Shown: positions 48,675 through 52,071 of the stretch, in pieces | How positions within the stretch are numbered: the first letter of the stretch is position 1 | Layout of the letters: the number at the start of each line of letters is the position of its first letter | DNA from: Candidatus Omnitrophota bacterium | GTDB lineage: Bacteria > Omnitrophota > Omnitrophia > Omnitrophales > Aquincolibacteriaceae | NCBI GenBank assembly: GCA_043718225.1 | Contig: JAYSWD010000062.1 | Span: 1 to 52,071, forward strand | DNA length: 52,071 nt | Direction of reading: 5' to 3' | Translations under genes and position numbers: made by a program | The notes under the pieces: generated by a model | The model's input: the letters and a program-made list of their open reading frames with translations, nothing else | Told to the model about the DNA's origin: nothing | The model's database searches: none

Positions 48675-48837
48675 CTGATTGATTTATAAGATGTTCGAAA
48701 AAAGGTACATGGTGTCTTTGCCTCTTACAAGACACTCCTTCAAAACTCATAAATTCTTTTAATCTTTGAGTGCCAATGCTAGTTTTTGATAGCTTGCCGG
48801 CGTAGTATTTTCCCTTCTTTTTTGGCCAAGACGACCA

Positions 48838-48846
48838 TGCTATAAT
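48838..48846 (+). promoter_or_regulatory. candidate extended -10 promoter for ahpC
   Basis: TGCTATAAT (TGn + TATAAT), about 110 nt upstream of the ahpC ATG. No good -35. Confidence 0.35.
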
Positions 48847-48856
48847 TCCCCCCTCG

Positions 48857-48919
48857 TCCCCCGACTTGATCGGGGGATCTAGTCATAAATAAGTTCCCTG
48901 TTCCCCGCTTTTGCGGGGA
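48857..48919 (+). other. two G/C-clamp hairpins in the ahpC leader
   Basis: TCCCCCGA-CTTGA-TCGGGGGA (48857-48877) and TCCCCGC-TTTT-GCGGGGA (48902-48919). The second resembles 4785-4804, upstream of atpA. Confidence 0.55.
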
Positions 48920-48955
48920 CAAAGCTTCGCAGCGCAGGGATAAAAGGAGTTAATC

Positions 48956-49519
48956 ATGGTCCGAATCGGAGAAAAAGTAGAAGATTTTAAAGTCGATGTT
49001 TATCAAAATGAAGCTTTCAAAGAGCTGAAATTATCCGAATTAAAGGGTAAATGGGTCGCGATGTTTTTTTATCCGGCTGACTTCACTTTTGTTTGTCCGA
49101 CAGAATTAGAAGACGCAGCTGCGCTTTATGAGCAATTCAAGAAGGAAGGCGCGGAGTTGATTTCTTTTTCAACCGATACCAAGTTCGTGCATAAGGCATG
49201 GCATGACGTATCTCCCGCGATCAAAAAAGTAAGCTATCCGATGGCGGCTGACGCTTCCGGAAAAGTCTCGCGCCAATTTGGCGTTTACATGGAAGAAATC
49301 GGCCTCGCGTTACGCGGTAGTTTCGTGATTGATCCGGACGGTGTTTTGCAATGCATCGAGGTCAACAATCTTCCCATCGGACGCTCGATGGCTGAATTGC
49401 TCCGTAAAGTTCAAGCGGCTAAATTCGTACGCGACAACGGCGGCGAAGTTTGCCCAGCAAACTGGAAACCAGGCTCCAAAACTTTGAAGCCCGGTATCAA
49501 TCTCGTAGGAAAAATTTAA
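48956..49519 (+). CDS. ahpC: peroxiredoxin, typical 2-Cys (AhpC/Prx1 subfamily)
   Basis: FYPADFTFVCPTE peroxidatic Cys and C-terminal EVCPANW resolving Cys. AGGAG RBS. Confidence 0.92.
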   Translation: MVRIGEKVEDFKVDVYQNEAFKELKLSELKGKWVAMFFYPADFTFVCPTELEDAAALYEQFKKEGAELISFSTDTKFVHKAWHDVSPAIKKVSYPMAADASGKVSRQFGVYMEEIGLALRGSFVIDPDGVLQCIEVNNLPIGRSMAELLRKVQAAKFVRDNGGEVCPANWKPGSKTLKPGINLVGKI

Positions 49520-49642
49520 ATGAGCACAGCACTTGCGAAACATAGTTTCGCAAGTGCTCAGTGCGAATTTATCCTGAGCAAAGCGAAGGATCTTGTTTGA
49601 GATTGCTTCGCTACGCTCGCAATGACCACTTTAAGAACCGTT

Positions 49643-49701
49643 CCACGCTCCACGAACCATGAACCACGTTAAACCCGTGGCTCGTGGAACTTGGCGCGTG
49701 G
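49643..49701. repeat. CCACG-word palindromic element, intergenic copy (ahpC-sodB)
   Basis: CCACGCTCCACGAACCATGAACCACG-TTAAACC-CGTGGCTCGTGGAACTTGGCGCGTGG. Same family, and the same TTAA-centred loop start, as 47284-47348. Confidence 0.75.
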
Positions 49702-49723
49702 CACAGTAAACCGGAGGTTTACA

Positions 49724-50302
49724 ATGCCCTTCACTCTTCCCCCGTTGCCTTACGCGCATGACGCATTGGCGCCGCATTTATCGAAAGAAACTTTGGAATT
49801 TCATCATGACAAGCACCACAACGCCTATGTCGTGAAACTGAACGAGCTCACTGCCGGCAAACCAGAAGCAAATAAAACTTTGGAAGAATTAATTCTTACC
49901 GCAACCGGCCCTATTTTTAATCAGGCCGGACAAATTTGGAATCACACCTTCTATTGGAATTCACTTTCGCCGAAAGGCGGGGGCGAACCAAAGGGAAGAG
50001 TCGGCGATGCGATTAAAAAACAATGGGGCTCTTTCGACAAATTCAAGGAAGAGTTCTCCGCAAAAACCGTCGGTGTTTTTGGTTCCGGCTGGGGCTGGCT
50101 GGTTAAGAAAGAAGACGGCTCGCTTGAAATTGTGGCAACTTCGAATGCCGGCAATCCGATGACCGACAAGAAAAAACCCCTTTTGACCTGCGACGTTTGG
50201 GAGCATGCATATTACATTGATTATCGTAATCTGCGCCCGAAGTATGTCGAAACTTTTTGGAAGCTTGTGAATTGGGAATTTGCTGAAAAAAACTACAACT
50301 AA
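49724..50302 (+). CDS. sodB: superoxide dismutase (Fe type)
   Basis: MPFTLPPLPYAHDALAPH.S.ETLEFHHDKHH and AGQIWNHTFYWNSLSP (Fe-SOD-like), plus DVWEHAYYIDYRN. GGAGG RBS before the ATG at 49724. The track ORF opens at 49691. Confidence 0.92.
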   Translation: MPFTLPPLPYAHDALAPHLSKETLEFHHDKHHNAYVVKLNELTAGKPEANKTLEELILTATGPIFNQAGQIWNHTFYWNSLSPKGGGEPKGRVGDAIKKQWGSFDKFKEEFSAKTVGVFGSGWGWLVKKEDGSLEIVATSNAGNPMTDKKKPLLTCDVWEHAYYIDYRNLRPKYVETFWKLVNWEFAEKNYN

Positions 50303-50329
50303 ACTTCTACGAAATCATCGAATATCGAC

Positions 50330-50366
50330 AAAGCCCTAGAGCGCTAGCTTTAGGGCTTTTTTGTTT
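50330..50366 (+). terminator. rho-independent terminator after sodB
   Basis: AAAGCCCTA-loop-TAGGGCTTT followed by TTTGTTT. Confidence 0.8.
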
Positions 50367-50557
50367 GACCTTGTAATTCATTTTCAGAAGTCAACGTTTC
50401 TCCTCAAATAGAGCCACGCCAGTAAGGTTTCGCCTTGCTTGTTATTTATTATTTCCCCACAAAGAAATTCGCATCTCCCTTATTTTTTCCAGGGGAAACT
50501 TCAATTACCATAAGCATCGTTTAAGCAAGCTTTCACATTCAAGTAAGGAGAAAGGCG

Positions 50558-51241
50558 ATGAAAATATTCAACCGGTTTATGGCAACAGTTATTTCGGTTT
50601 TTATGGGCGCGAATGTACTCTATGCACAGGAAGCAGCGATCCTGGGTAGTGCAAACAGCCAGCCCACCATTAGTATTGAACAGGCCCTGCAACAATCCGT
50701 AACTCCGCCTTTGGACGAACAAATCCCTGGCGATTTTTTGAATCAAACATCACCGCTTAGTGCGGCAACCAGCTCCGCTGTCATCAATCCAGATGTCGCA
50801 CTATATGTACTCGGCATTCAAGAAGGTGCGACAGTTTCGGGCCTCGTTAGTATCCGGCCAAATCCGGCAACTTTGCCTAATATTAAAAAAGTGTCTTATT
50901 ACTTGAACGATTCGCAGTCAGGTAAAGTTTATAATCCGCCTTTCATTTGGGGCGGGCCTTCCGGAGACGGCACAGTTGGTTTTGACACACGTAATCTGCC
51001 TGACGGTAATTACACGCTTAATATGGCCTATACCAATTCAGCGGGAGACCAGCCCGGTGTTCATATTAACTTCAAAGTGAAGAATCAGACGACTACCCCG
51101 CCGCCGCCAATCTGTGAAAAATCTGATTATGAAAAATTGAAAAAAGAAAAGAAAGAACTCAAGGAAAAAGAGTATCAAGAAAAGAAAGAGAAAGAGGATA
51201 AAGAAAAGAAAGATAAGGGTTACTGCAAAAAGAAAAACTAA
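50558..51241 (+). CDS. secreted hypothetical protein with Ig-like beta domain and Lys/Glu-rich tail
   Basis: Signal peptide (VFMGANVLYAQEA), a beta-rich segment (VSGLVSIRP..YTLNMAYTNSAG..INFKVKN), a PPPP linker, then a KKEKKELKEKEYQEKKEKEDKEKKDK tail. Confidence 0.65.
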   Translation: MKIFNRFMATVISVFMGANVLYAQEAAILGSANSQPTISIEQALQQSVTPPLDEQIPGDFLNQTSPLSAATSSAVINPDVALYVLGIQEGATVSGLVSIRPNPATLPNIKKVSYYLNDSQSGKVYNPPFIWGGPSGDGTVGFDTRNLPDGNYTLNMAYTNSAGDQPGVHINFKVKNQTTTPPPPICEKSDYEKLKKEKKELKEKEYQEKKEKEDKEKKDKGYCKKKN

Positions 51242-51267
51242 CTTTTCAAACATTCAAAATATTCAGA

Positions 51268-51305
51268 GAAACGCCCTATGCAACAAGCATGGGGCGTTTT
51301 TTATT
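51268..51305 (+). terminator. rho-independent terminator
   Basis: AAACGCCCTATGC-loop-GCATGGGGCGTTT followed by TTTTATT. Confidence 0.8.
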
Positions 51306-51434
51306 GAGGCAATATTTTGAAACTGTTTATCAATGAATTTAAAAAGTATTTGCTCTGATGTTATACAATGATCATACAAGACAGTTTTTATTCTATAAAG
51401 ATTGTAAAAGATATTTATGTGAGCTCTATCTATT

Positions 51435-51953
51435 TTGAAAATTATGGCGTATGCTTCCAATATGAACAAACACACAATAATCTATATTACTTTTATCGCC
51501 GCCATTCTTATTTATACCGGCTCATTACCCTTGTATGGATCGCCTATTTTTCCCGCAAGCGACAATCAGCCCATCAATCAAATCGCAGAAAAATCCGACG
51601 CCACGGTAGAAACCACGCCGCAAAACACTTCCACAGAAACAGCGAATCTCCACAAAAGCACACCCTATGCTTTGGCGCAAATTGATGTCAAAATTTTGTT
51701 TGGTGTCAATCAGGACGGCGGGAAATCATACAAAACGACGTATCAACTTACCGAAGTTTCAGGAGACCAAAACGTTTCTCCTCAAGAGCCTCAAGTGCGA
51801 GTGACTTATAAAAATAAAGCGGACCAAGACAAATACGCCGTAGAAGAAGTGACTGTTAAAAAAGCGGCTAATAACGCTTATCAAATTACCGCCAACGTCG
51901 TTGAATCCAAACCCGGGCAAAAAATCACTCCGAAAGTGACTTGGATAAGCTAA
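51435..51953 (+). CDS. secreted/membrane-anchored hypothetical protein
   Basis: 172-aa ORF with an N-terminal hydrophobic segment (IIYITFIAAILIYTGSL). No family recognised. The start codon is uncertain. Confidence 0.5.
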   Translation: MKIMAYASNMNKHTIIYITFIAAILIYTGSLPLYGSPIFPASDNQPINQIAEKSDATVETTPQNTSTETANLHKSTPYALAQIDVKILFGVNQDGGKSYKTTYQLTEVSGDQNVSPQEPQVRVTYKNKADQDKYAVEEVTVKKAANNAYQITANVVESKPGQKITPKVTWIS

Positions 51954-52071
51954 AGAATTAGTGCACGCACGAAAGGCGCTCCCCCCATTTGTCCTACAGA
52001 TTGAAAGTAGAATTTTCTAGGGTTTGTTTGTTGTCTTGATCCTGAAATTGTTTGGCGAACGCTTGGGGAGT

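Noticed and set aside
21102-48674. The giant ORF might be a repeat-rich adhesin (RTX, Ig-like, cadherin or Rhs/YD type).
   Set aside because: No tandem protein-domain repeats are visible. The only repeated units are the 5-aa junction motif and one duplicated M23 module.

Overview
Bacterial window of about 52 kb, probably from an uncultivated lineage. The repeat content and the giant gene resemble giant-gene-bearing candidate phyla such as Omnitrophota, but that is inference only.

Layout:
- 1-15.5 kb: tRNA-Thr(GGU), gpmA, and a complete F1Fo ATP synthase operon (atpI-like, B, E, F, H, A, G, D, C) that runs straight into nuoJKLMN.
- 15.5-21.1 kb (mostly minus strand): thioredoxin-like lipoprotein, small membrane and lipoprotein genes, an EVE-domain protein, DUF423, a four-helix-bundle 'IVS protein' gene bracketed by inverted repeats, and a lone nuoI.
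- 21.1-48.7 kb: a single uninterrupted 27,573-nt ORF (9,190 aa, minus strand).
- 48.9-52 kb: ahpC, sodB and two secreted hypothetical proteins.

Main hunt results:
1. The giant ORF is a mosaic of unrelated modules: two paralogous M23-peptidase modules, a methyltransferase-like fold, a FabD-like acyltransferase, a beta-CASP metallo-beta-lactamase nuclease fold and three transmembrane clusters.
2. The modules are separated by an exactly conserved 14-nt motif, CGCTCCGAAATGCG (peptide RSEMR). There are 12 exact copies and about 10 diverged ones, all in the same phase and orientation.
3. One motif-bounded module is the stop-free antisense of a genuine DUF433/DUF5615 toxin-antitoxin gene pair on the opposite strand.
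4. Several families of hairpin-forming 'word' repeats lie in frame inside coding sequence (giant ORF, atpD, nuoM, the 3' end of nuoI) as well as in intergenic spacers.
5. Operon junctions carry long structured spacers, including 25-28-bp stems that pair a stop codon with the next start codon.

Everything was read by eye from the sequence. No searches were run.
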